Positions 40,845 to 52,358 of a stretch of DNA of 64,000 bases are shown here, in pieces. Within the stretch, counting starts at the first letter, position 1; every line of letters starts with the position of its first letter. Source of the stretch: Geosiphon pyriformis uo1 (lineage: Eukaryota; Fungi; Glomeromycota); the NCBI GenBank assembly GCA_016748015.1, contig JAAOMT010000200.1, forward strand, positions 618,984 to 682,983, given 5' to 3'. Below the pieces are notes generated by a model that saw only the letters and a list, made by a program, of their open reading frames with translations, did no database searches and was not told where the DNA came from. Position numbers and translations under genes: made by a program.

Positions 40845-41836
40845 AAAAGATTGAACCTTATTTATCACAATGAATGTCTTATGATGATTAAGACTAAGCA
40901 AAAGGTAAAATTGTGACTATGGTAATTGGATCATTTTATCTTATTATTTGTTTGAATTGCAATAGCAATCTTTGTATTTTTTTGTATATTTTCTTTTACA
41001 TTCTTAAATATCAGCTTCTAGTAAATTTACCTTCGTTTTTAAATTTGGCCAATCGTAAAATATTTGCTAAATGGGTGACCCTGTAAGTCGGTATAAATCA
41101 AAGCATCTGTAACTTTCCCTGGTAAACCAGACTATTTTCCAAAAATTCCAAAAATATCCCGAACAAAAAATTTCAAGACGCGTAATTATTGGAATGTAAA
41201 TGTAATCCTTATCTTTTTGAAGTAAAATAAATGTTCTTTTTTAAATTGTTTATATTGAAAAAATATAATTTTGCCATAACTTTTTATATATTCGCAAAAT
41301 TCAAAGAAATTATTTCAAAATTAATTTAAACTTAATTGTAGGAATTTATTTATTAACTTACAATATTAAAATTTTTCGAAAAATAAAAATTTGGTTTTAA
41401 AATAATAATGTCAAAAAATTTATTTAATATTAATTTCAATATTGGAATTTACACAAATTTCATTATTATGCATAATGAATATTCAATAACAAATTTTTTG
41501 ATGTTTTGAATATCACAGACTATATTGATATATTGCTATAGTCTCATTGAGTACCTTTTGTATAACACTTCATGATTCTATAACTTTTGCTCGATTTCTA
41601 TCAATCAAGTATGTGCATTGGCTAGAAATGCAAAGAGTTTGAAAAACGGTGTCCAAGAATTTTATTATATATCGGAAAATCCAACCATTTTGCCAAAATT
41701 GATTATTAAAATATATATTAGTATTATGTGTAAAGGAAAGGAACGAAAAAAAACATGGTGTTAAAATTTCGCATTCTTATAAATAAATCAAGTGTATAGT
41801 ATGTGATATAATAAATTATCAAAATTCATCAGGGCT

Positions 41837-42589
41837 CTATTTGCTGAAATTAAAAAGATTCTTAAGTTGCTTCCAAAAATTCTTCTTTTTTACTTTCTTG
41901 TCTTCAGTCTTGTTTTCTTCACTTGAGCCACCAGCAACCTCAGGTCGTGGACTTTCCGTGGTGGACACAGGAGTTGATCCAGGAGCGGTTTCTTCTTTTG
42001 TTGCGAGAGGTTTATCTTCATTACCAGGGATAACGGTTGGTGTCTGGGGGAGAGCTTTTTCTTCAGAGGGGCTGATCACTTCTTCCTTGGCTGGAGGTGG
42101 AGGGGCTACATCTGAAACAACTTCCTCTTCCTTTTTTCCTTCTTCTGCTTTAATTTCGACTGGTTCTGCTGTTTCTGTTATGTTAGTTGAAGTATCAGGG
42201 GCTTGAGAAGCCAGAGAGCTTTCGGTAACTGCTGTTATGGGTTCAGATTTTACATCAGACTTTTCGTCTTCTTCCTCGACTTCTTTTTTAATTTCTTCAT
42301 TCTCAGCTGTTTTTCTCTCTTCGCTTTTATCAACATCAGGTGAGCTTGAAATGTCTACCTTATTTTCAACTGCTTTCTCGGTAGGTTTTGCCTCTTTGGC
42401 ATCTGTCACCTCTTGGGCAACTGTCAGTTCTTGGGATGCCGCTTCAGGCTCTTGAACTTCGTTCGTCGTTGATGATTCTGAGGGTAAGGGAACCTCTTCA
42501 GGAACAACTGAAGGAACAGTATGTTCAGGGAAATCTAGTGAAGGGGTAACCACCGTAGTTACGATTGTCCCAGCCTCAAGCTCAGACAT
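41837..42589 (-). CDS. Acidic, intrinsically disordered protein (250 aa) with a basic amphipathic C-terminus
   Basis: Single uninterrupted ORF rich in E/P/T/S/K, ending KKVKKKNFWKQLKNLFNFSK. Confidence 0.85.
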   Translation of the reverse strand: MSELEAGTIVTTVVTPSLDFPEHTVPSVVPEEVPLPSESSTTNEVQEPEAASQELTVAQEVTDAKEAKPTEKAVENKVDISSSPDVDKSEERKTAENEEIKKEVEEEDEKSDVKSEPITAVTESSLASQAPDTSTNITETAEPVEIKAEEGKKEEEVVSDVAPPPPAKEEVISPSEEKALPQTPTVIPGNEDKPLATKEETAPGSTPVSTTESPRPEVAGGSSEENKTEDKKVKKKNFWKQLKNLFNFSK

Positions 42590-43609
42590 AATGATGAAAG
42601 GATAGAAGTTGGAGGTGATTTAAGAAATAGAGGGTATATTTCGGGTATATTTCTGAGAAACAACTTAAGTAAATAATCCATTTTTTAAGCTTTTTAAATG
42701 AAATCGCGGCAGGAGTGATTGTACGACGGTGTATAGAACGCCAACCGGAGGCTCTATACTGTAACAAGTGAATATGGGTCACATGTAGTGGATTAACGAT
42801 CGACAGCATTAACTTAATTTCATTGAATTCATTTAACACGCGTCATGTCATTTTTGTGTTCCTTGACTTGGAGCTTATGATTTTACTTGCTCAAAGGAAA
42901 AGATGCATCCACTCCACTTTTAACATTCAAATGTTCATTTTAAAAGCTTTACCGCATCTGCCTCCATGGAAAAGATCTAGAAGAAAGGACCGTCGACTTC
43001 CGTGTGACTCAACCATCTAGAATGTTAATTTCTCCGCTTCCTGGAATGAAAACCGAGTGGTTAAAAACTGACAGATACGTACACTTTCTTTGCTTCTTTT
43101 AAAGGACCAGGAACCTTGACTTATTCCAAGGCCTGCGAAATAGACTGCAACATACGGGTGTAATCCCAGTGTCGGGTTTCCTGAGCCCGTCGCAACATAC
43201 CAGGCTTTCTGGGAAAAAAAAGTAAGAAAGGCAAGGTTTTGTTGAGAATTATGAGTTATAAAAAGGCAGAGAAGATAGGTCTAGTAGGGAGATATACTGT
43301 AAGATCTTTTTCAATGTTTGTCATAAATTATTCGAATGAAATTTTCTATTAGTAGGAATATGTCCTTGATAGAAGGAAGGAGTTGAAAGAGTATGCCAAC
43401 TTCCTCAAGAATAAAGAAACAAAAACTCGGGTATAATAGTAGTATGGACTCGGATAACAGCGAAAATGTGACAACAAAAGTGCCTCTTCATAACTCATCC
43501 GAATCGAATATAAGGGTAAAGGAATCAAATGCATCGAATTATCTATAATGATAAAGTGACAATAATCTCTTGTCAATGTTCTTGTACAATCCTCACAAAG
43601 ATCCCATTG

Positions 43610-44518
43610 GCATCTAATTACCACTAGTTGGCAGACATTATCATGTGTTGTGCCCTTCGAAGCTCAATCTAGGAAAACGTATTGGGGAGTCAGTCTAACC
43701 TGTTCAGGGCCCTTTTTCCTGCTTATCAGATACTTTAGACACGCGTGACCTTAGTGATTGATACTTTTTTTTGTTGATTGGGATAATGGGTTCCTCGTAG
43801 TTCAGCTGGAAATCATCGATGTGTCGGACCGTGATTATCTTTTGATCTATTTGACGGAAGAGAACATCTCAATATGTTCGCCTCTGCAGAAAATAGCTGG
43901 AAGATTTTCTGGACCCTGCAACCGAAAGGTGTTCGTGGGGCTGTCAACCAGAACATTCATTTTGTGCCGTGGAATCTGAGGAGCCAAGTCTTGACAATGA
44001 TGAAAAATGGACCTTCTCAAGGAAGAAGAGTACAGGCGTACTGATGTCTGTTATGTCTTTGATCTGTTGCAATATTGGTAAGCTTGTTACATGTACGGCA
44101 CTACTCACCAAATGAATGTTCTGGTTGACGGCCTCATGAACACCTTTCGGTGGCTCCAGAAAAACTTCAGCTATTTTGTGCAGAGGCGAACATATTGAGA
44201 TCTAGGAATTCCTCTTTCGTCAAATAGGTCATGGTCCAACATATCGATGATTTCCAGCTGATTGCTCTATTAAATATCGGAGTTCAACTATGAGAAACCT
44301 GTATCCCGGCCACTTATCAAGGTCACCTGACAAAATATTTGATAGGCAGGAAAAAGAGGCCTTGGACAACCAATTTGGTTTAGGCCGACTCCCTAATAAC
44401 TTCGTTTGTCGATCCGAGTGTTTGGGTAAGACGCTTTACTAAATTGTGCTTCTTCGAAGAATGTTCAGCTTGTGACTAGGCATGTTAAGATTTGGCCACT
44501 CTTTTCAGGTAATTGTGC
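43610..44518 (+). ncRNA. Candidate long hairpin RNA (imperfect ~900-nt inverted repeat, ~120-nt loop)
   Basis: Arms pair in colinear blocks, e.g. 43921-43962 with 44110-44151 (42 bp, 3 G-U, no mismatch), 43866-43888 with 44179-44201 (23 bp perfect) and 43802-43835 with 44228-44261. The inverted repeat is directly visible; transcription and strand are inferred. Confidence 0.65.
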
Positions 44519-45211
44519 GTCTCTTCGTTTTTATACAATTCAAAATCGCATGAATTAATTTGATTAAAGACAATGATGAATAGAATCTCATTGAATTAGT
44601 ATTTATTCCACAACGAACTATTTACTTGGACACAAGACATTGTTTTAAGCTTGGTAACAAGTGGCTGGTTATGAAAGTTACTTAAACTTGATGAAGATCC
44701 TGTTCTGCCTTGCAACTCCACCCTCCTCAAAAATCTTCACCTTGAAATTGAACACTAATTTGTTCCCCAAGTACTTCGAAATGTCAGACCCATTCCTCAA
44801 TAGGCACTCCATACTTTAAAATCTGTTCAATTCTGGTCGAAACTGCGATTTGTATAAAGGCCTAAGATGCCATTGCTCGGGAAGTTATTTTAAAGTAGAA
44901 ATCCCGGTTACTCGTTGACTCCGCTTCCACCTATAAAGCAGATGCCAAACGTCCACGTTATAGGTGAAACAAAAGACAACGGGACGGTAGAGAAAAGGAG
45001 GGAAATAGTCGTAACGTTAATGCAATAAGAATTCGCGTACTCGTATGTCTGCGGGTCGAGAAAATTTTTTTCTAAAATCACGCCTGCGGCTATTCATTTA
45101 CACGGGTTATATACCAATTTTAACTTCATCATATAAGAATCTCTAATCATCCCAAGAATAAGACAATAAAATATCTGCAATTTTTGAAGTTTGGAAGGAA
45201 ATTGTTTAAAT

Positions 45212-46902
45212 TTATTTTAAAAGGACTGTGATGCCATCATCTGATACCAAAGCTGCATTCTTCCGAAACTGCTTTTTTAGATGTTCAGTAGAATATTTAT
45301 TCCGCTCATTGTTCATGATCTTCTGGATCACTAATTCTTCAAGCCGATGAAAGGAAAGCTCTTTGGTCTGAAATGATATTTTCGAAATGTTAACCAATAC
45401 TGTTATTAGGTACCAAATCAATTCCATAGAACATCTACCTTTGCAGTAACGAAGCTTTCGCGAATCATAGCTGGCACAACAATCGCGAAATCCAATTCCT
45501 CCTGAGCCACTTTTGACTCGACCTTCTTGTCTTTGAAATCAAGCTTGGTTTTTTTGTTTACAGCTTTCTCTTCATTCCTCTTTATAGAATCCTCAGACTC
45601 AAAATCCGAACCATCTTTTTTAGTCTTGAATGACTTGGTTTTGAGAACTCGAGTAGTAGAAGACTCCTCTATAACATCACTATCCGAGTTTTCAGACAAA
45701 GAAAGAGTCTCCAAAATAGCTTCAGCTTTACGTTTCATATTTCCATTATGAATCTTTGGGACCTCTTTTTGATGGCTGTCGATATTATCGGAATTTTCAA
45801 TGACTGCTATTTTGGTCTCGGTGAATACATTTCTGGAGAGGTCTTTCTTTTGCTTCTTATGGGACTCTTTGGAAATATTATCAATCGGAACAGTGTCAAA
45901 TGACGAGGAATGATGATCCGATGAGCGTTTCTTCGAACCTGACTTTTTGGCATTAAGGGGTTCAACGATGGTTTCAATCGGCTTGTTGGGGACAAGGTTT
46001 TCCGGCTTTTCGGCTTTTTTATTGTCGCGTTTCTTTTTGTTTTTTTTACTACCCTTTTTTTGATCAGAATTATTAGGAGCAACCGAAAAAAGATTCTTTG
46101 AGGCCTCTTTCTTATGGTCCTTTCCGGATTCTAAAAGTTTGATTTGAATCTCTTTCGCGTCAATCTTATTATAATCTATCTGTTTTTCGGAATACCCCGA
46201 ATTCTGTTCTTGGGAAGATATTGTTACGCCAGAGACTTTCTCGGGATTATTTTCATATATCTTGGAACCTTTTTCGAATAATGTTTGATCAAGAGAGTGC
46301 CTTTTATTTTTGTCTCTTCCGGCCTTGTCCTTTGCTTCTTTTTCAATTTGATGACTATTGTTTTCAGCTTTTTCTTCCATATTTTTTTTTTTGTTAATCT
46401 TAGGACTGGCTTTTTCAAGAAAAATGGTTCCATCCATTTTTCCATTCTTCTCTTTTTTATTGACATTGCCGCTTTTTCCATCCCCTTCAAAATTATTGAC
46501 CTTGATCTGATTCTCATAATCTTTACTTTTTTTCTGTTTATCAAAATGTAAAAACAATCATATCTAACGATGTTTTGAAACTTTGGCCAAATTCAAAGCT
46601 GTAAGAAAATAAACGGTACTAACCTTCTTACCTTTATACAAGGCTTTTTGATATTTCTCGGCCTCTGTTACACAGGCTGTATGAAACCTATAATCGCCCC
46701 CTAAGAAAGTAGTAGAACAATCTATACAAGTAAACTGAGCTTGGACACACCGAGCCACGTGTGCGTCAAGCTTTGGTTTTTTAAGGGTCTCTTTTTAAGA
46801 AGGGTTATAATAAGTAAGACACCACAAATAACCTTAGTTTTACCCAAGTGAGAGGGACAAGGTTGAAATACCTTGACAAGTATCACAGACAAAAGACACC
46901 AT
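45212..46902 (-). CDS. LYAR: LYAR-type C2HC zinc-finger nucleolar protein (~482 aa; yeast YCR087C-A/human LYAR family), 4 exons
   Basis: Exons 46902-46872, 46790-46624, 46533-45439 and 45367-45212 give MVSFVCDTCQETLKKPKLDAHVARC...FTCIDCSTTF...YRFHTACVTEAEKY, the zf-LYAR signature, followed by a Lys-rich region. Confidence 0.93.
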
Positions 46903-47064
46903 TTACTTGGTCTGCTTTTCAAAGAGAATAGAGTGGGGAAAAGTTTGACGAAGATTATTGGTTACTGCTATGGATATGATCAGCAATGCTATCCGATGAT
47001 TTCGGAGATTAATATTAGTTCCAGTTTTTTCCGTTCCAAACGTCTCTACCAATTCATTAGAATC
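46903..47064. promoter_or_regulatory. Compact bidirectional promoter region between LYAR and PEX5
   Basis: Divergent start codons separated by only 162 bp. Confidence 0.7.
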
Positions 47065-49871
47065 ATGTCTCTGCAACAACTGCTCTCTGGTGGCTCTGAT
47101 TGTGGTCAGAACAACTCTATGGCTGGTCTGAGGAAGCAGTTTTCACAAGATGAATCACTAAAAAAGGTGCGAATAAAGCACAAATCTCTTACAATACGTA
47201 GAAAGCCAATTTCATTTTATCACTTTCGGTTTATAGGATAAGTTCCTACATAACCCAGCTGGAGAAGGTTCTTCTCGAGGGGTAACTTCAGGTTTTATCC
47301 AGCTGATGTCGAGTTGGTTTCTCTGGTTCTTCCAAAAGCTAAAGTTCCTATCACGTTCATTAGTCGTTTAGAATGACAAGTAGCATAGGTCTCTTGCAGA
47401 AGGACGAAGTTGGTACCTTCCAGTTCCATTTGTTAAAATACTACACTTTTAAATCGGCTAAGTTTAATATCGGTTTTTTGCTAGTTCGAAGAATTTTTTG
47501 CTGGAAGTGACCAAGCAAACCCTACCAAATCATTCCAATTTAATCAAATGGGCAAAGAGCTGAATGAAATTCAGGGTCATAAAAAGCTAGACTGGGTTAA
47601 TGAGTTTCAAAATCGGTCTCAATCTACACCGTTCATCTCTTTGCCAATTTCCGAATATGACCATTTTGACAAAATTTTCGAACAGGGTCGCAATGGAGGT
47701 ATGCACTTCACTTTCAAAAAATCGTAATAACATCACACATCAATCTGAATTTTTAACTTGATTTAAAGAAAACTGGGTGCAAGGATTTTCCGAGTCTCAA
47801 AACGTTTCTCCCAATCGTGATGGAGAAATGTTACCGGAAGAACGTGCCGCGTTTGAGACAGCATTTGATGAAGCTAAAAGAGGTACAACAAGGAACGTTC
47901 TTTGCGTTATCATCCTTTCTAAAAAAAATTTAATATGAACTTCATTTGTAGGTGTTGAATGGCAAACTGAGTTTATTCATCAGAGTGGGTCATGGGTGAA
48001 AGAATCTCAAAAAGAGCTTGATTCGGTAGTGATCTCTAATGCCACGAAAACAAAGCTAGCAATAACCGCTGGCGCATTATTGGATGTAGTTGAAGGAGAA
48101 ACAAACCCAAAATTCCAAAATTCTGATTTTTTAAAACTTATGAAAAACTTTCGAGATCAAAAGATGGTTATTGAACGAAATAAAGTGGTAGAACAAAAGG
48201 TCCCTGTCTCACCAATATGGGCCCCTGAATTCAACTTACAACAAAAGTCCTCGTGGGCTTCCGAGTTCAATGAACAGAGATCAATGAATTTTAATCCGCT
48301 AATTAGTTCAACTGATAACGGTTGGAAATCGGAATTCCTAATGACTCTAGGTGAAAAAGCTTCCAGTTCTGCTATTAATCAAAATTTTGTGCTTCAAAAA
48401 AAAAGATTTGACGAGGAATTTGAAAAACAATGGAATAAAAATGAAACGCGAAACCGTGTTCTACAAGTTAAAAATCCAAATAATTGGTCTTCTGAATTTT
48501 TAGGATCTACCGGCGTTGAAGATTTTTCAAAATCAGCAATGGATTTTGAAAGAGAAAGTTATAATAAAGAACTTGAAAAAAAATGGAACGAATACGCTAT
48601 AAGGGAAAATTTCCTTCCACTTCCTGATTTGTCGGAATTGAAAGAATTTGACAGAAAATTAGGCCCAACAACTCAGGGTGAAGTTGTCAAACATCAATTC
48701 AATTCCCTTAATTATGCTCAAGAATTTACTAGAATTGATCAAGCAGCAGAAAGCCAAGAAAGGAGAGAGTGGAATGATATGCAAAACGATTGGGAAAAAT
48801 ATGAACCCCATAACACGGGCTATATCACAAGCTTTCATGATTATGACAATTACATATTCCAATCGAAAAATCCATGTTTTGATATAGGCAACCAAATAAT
48901 TAACCAAAATATATATCAGGGACATTTGGGAGAATCAATTTTGGCCTTAGAAGCAACTGTTCAAATAGATTCGCAAAATGCTAGCGCATGGTACCAATTG
49001 GGTATTAGGCAACAGGAGAACGAGCAAGAAACCCAAGCGATTTTAGCTTTGCGAAAAGCTGTTTCTGTCGATCCTACATTATCAGATGCATGGTTGGCCC
49101 TTGCCGTCTCGTACAGTAACAAAGACTTACTAGCACATCTATACGATGCATTAGAATCTTGGGTTAAAACACATGATCGGTACTTTCAGTTACTTGTACA
49201 AGAACGAAGTGAGAGTAATTTATCGAGTCGTCACCGCCTTCTTACAAATGCCCTTCTGGAAGCAGCGATCTCAAACCCTGGCAAAAATCTTGATCCCGAT
49301 GTACAAATTGGCTTAGGTGTATTATTTAATGTTGGAAAAGAGTATCATAAAGCTGCTGACTGTTTCCAAGCTGCCCTTACAATGCGACCCAATGTAAGGA
49401 GTAATGTTTATTTATTCTCAGCTTTTATAATATATTAATAAATTATTATTATTATTATTATTCTTGTTGTTATTATGATTATGATTTAAGGATTTTCTTT
49501 TGTGGAATAAATTGGGAGCAACATTAGTAAATGCCGGTGAATACGAAAAAGCAATAAACGCTTATTTCAATGTGCTTGAAATAAACCCGGCATATATTCG
49601 AGCACGTTATAATCTTGCCCTGAGCTGCCAAAGTTTAAAACTCTACAAAGAAGCAGCTGATCACCTTTTAGCGGCGTTGACATTACAAAATGAAATTTCT
49701 CTGCAAAAGGGTTGGAATGATGCAGAAGTTAGCAAACCATTTATGAACCGCATAACTACAAATCTTTGGGATTCACTAAAGGTCTGTTGCGAATCAATGC
49801 AGCGTGAAGATTTGGTTGCAAAATGTGTAGGACTAGACCTTGAGGCATTTAGGTCCGATTTCGACTTTTAG
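47065..49871 (+). CDS. PEX5: Peroxisomal targeting signal receptor Pex5 (long form with Pex7-binding motif), ~7 exons
   Basis: N-terminal conserved Cys (SDCGQNN), many WxxxF/Y motifs, 'KFQNSDFLKLM', and TPR region 'ALEATVQ...AWYQLG..QQENE...DPDVQIGLGVLF...LWNKLGATL...YIRARYNL'. Exons approx. 47065-47166, 47237-47281, 47364-47408, 47485-47698, 47769-47882, 47952-49393, 49491-49871; exon 3/4 borders are least certain. Confidence 0.93.
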
Positions 49872-50110
49872 TCAGACGGTGGGCAGATGATCCCACCTTA
49901 GGATTTGTTGAAAGTCTTTATACATTTTGAATATGAACTGCTTGTACCTTTCTTATTAGATTGATGTGCTAGGGTGTCCCTGTTAAAATTTAAAATATGT
50001 TATTTTTAAATTGCAAATTTCGTTCAATATGAGATATGAGCGTTGTTTATGTTAGTTTATTAATCCGAAAAAATATAAACTGGTAACTCAATGTGGTTTT
50101 CCGATATTTA

Positions 50111-50305
50111 GAGTCATCACGAATCAGTAATAGTCACCACGAATCAATAATAGTCACCACGAATCAATAATAGTCACCGCGACTCAAAAGTATATCTGTC
50201 ATTTCATCACTTCGAGTCATTGCTAACCATTACGAGTCATCTGTAGTCAATAAGACTCATTATTGAGTCATGTTTAATTTTCTTCGAAAATTCGAGTCAT
50301 CACAA
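50111..50305. repeat. 20-bp tandem repeat array with dispersed GAGTCA motifs
   Basis: TAGTCACCACGAATCAATAA x ~4 at 50111-50190, then degenerate units to ~50305. Confidence 0.85.
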
Positions 50306-51246
50306 ATCAACTATGATAAGAGAATTTGGAAAACCCAGCATGCTGGTAGAAATAATATTGGTTAGAAGGAGCTCACTTGCACAAATTCAAGAGCCTTTTG
50401 ATTATTGAGAGAAGGGTCTGGTCACTGCTTTATCTTCCCTCAAAGGCTGAAAGAGGGATTTGCTTTCTGTATTATACAGAGATAAATTCAAATAGCAGCA
50501 AATTTCTAAAATAGTTAATCCACGTGATAAACACAAGCCAAATCAAAGAAACCAAAGCAATCTTTTGAATTCAAAATGTGAGATTAAAAAATTAACATTC
50601 TCTGATGTTTTTTCCAAACGATTGAGTTTATTACCAGAAAGTTTTTTTTCAAAATTGTTCAATTTATTTATTATTTTTTAATTAACCAATGAAACAGTGT
50701 TTACTGAATTGTGGGAAGCTAGATAATTGAATTAAAATTGTGTTTACTTGAGCAATCTTTCTAATGATATTTTAAGGCTAATTCATGTTGTAAAATTTAC
50801 TTTTTCTTTAATCTTTTATGACTTTTCAACTTTGAAGAAACAATGTCCAAATTTCTTTCTCATGGAAAACTCTTCACACATCGAATTGAAATAGAAACCA
50901 CCAATATCTTGTTGAAAGAGCTTGCCATGAAATTAAGATTTCATCAAAATCATCCAGAATCCCTCTTTATGTTTTTTAAAACAAAGACTACTGAAAAGGG
51001 AATCATTCAAATTGACTCAAAAAAAAGTTATTCTTTTCAAAAGATACTTGACAATTGCTAAATGTGTCATTAACTACCAATATTTTCCCAAACAGGGATT
51101 CAAATTAAGTCATCCTTAGCTTTTTAGCTCTGCTTGAACACTCAATTTAATGGATTCAAATCATAGTAAATGAAAAAAAAAAGGTGTATTATCATTTTAT
51201 ACATGATTTTATGAGACCTAAGTTATGTACAATCAAACCTAAGATA

Positions 51247-52358
51247 ATCCAACCAATAAAGATACAATACATTGGCAAGTTCACAGAACTGAAATTTTAA
51301 CAATTTTCAGACCAAATTATTTTGATAATACTGGATTACTATCTAGATATTACAGATAGTACTTAGACTTCGATGGAGCTCAGTTTTGAGGAGGAGATTA
51401 TGTTATCAGTAGAAATTTAAGATATTAGTTAGCATAAAATTACTCTTATAATTTCCATTATTAATTAGTATATATTATCATTTCAAATTATCACTTATTA
51501 TCTCATCAAATTATCCGAATTACTAATCAATTAATAATCTGATTTATACAATACACAAATATGATGATCAGATCATGCAATACTCCAAATCATGTAACAT
51601 TTAAGAATTCACTGAAATTTGTAAAATTTTGTGAAATAATTTAATAGTTCACCAAAATCCTAAATAGTTTGTAGAAATAACTTGTAGTTCATTAAAATGT
51701 ATCTTTAGTTTGTCAAAACCATAGCAGAAAAAAAGTTCAAGTTCATAGACTAGTCCTATAACAAGTTGTATAAAAGAAGAGCTTCTCTTTTTGAGAAAAT
51801 ATATCTTTAGTTAGAATCAATTATTTTTTATATATCTTTACAAAAGTAATAAAAATTAAATACTTCAAAAACCCAAATTCCTTAATTATTTACACTTAAA
51901 ATTCTCTTAAATTCTAACTAATGTTTTGAAATTGATTAGCTACCAATTTTAAGAATTCGTTAGTGATTTCAGGCCTGAACAGAAGACAATTCTTTTAACA
52001 AAATTCCTTTTCTTTTACATTTCTTTTATTTATTTATTTTCTTATTATTATCATTAGAGTAGCCTATAGATAAAATTTCTGTAAAAAAGTTGACTTTTAT
52101 AGCAAAGTAACTACACATTTTAGAAAGCTTTCAGATGAGCATTTTCTGAAAAAGAGTTGACTTTCATTGTAAAGTAACTATACAAATAACTGGTATGAAA
52201 TTGGCCATTTTATTTATAAGCCCAGCAGTTCAAATTATAGAAGATAATTTGAAGATAAATTCAGTTATCAGATATTTACTAACTTTTAATAATTAAAAAT
52301 TAACAGCAAAATAACATCAATAACATACAGAAAAAGAGACCAAAAACTCTCAATAACA
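51247..52358 (+). mobile_element. Truncated Gypsy of the element 2 family: ORF3 end, polypurine tract and 3' LTR (51401-52358)
   Basis: Homologous to 17625-19632; GAGGAGGAGATTA|TGTTATCAG...AATAACA, followed by ATGG and LINE ORF1 sequence. Confidence 0.9.

Noticed and set aside
41841-42455. Plus-strand Ser-rich ORFs, and similar antisense ORFs over LINEs, gag, LYAR and PEX5
   Set aside because: Shadow frames of the real coding strand with no independent support.
43130-43205. Small GC-rich hairpin and repeated GCAACATAC as a tRNA or snoRNA
   Set aside because: No cloverleaf, T-loop or complete C/D or H/ACA box arrangement was recognisable.
43758-43979. 73-aa ORF in the left hairpin arm
   Set aside because: Non-ATG start, no recognisable motif, and indels between the arms do not preserve the frame.
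43976-44015. CTGAGGA...GAAA in the hairpin loop as a hammerhead ribozyme core (viroid-like RNA)
   Set aside because: No convincing stem II between the motifs and no matching stems I/III with an NUH site could be built by eye.
50111-50190. 20-bp repeats as a CRISPR array
   Set aside because: Units are head-to-tail with no unique spacers, there are no cas genes, and the context is eukaryotic.
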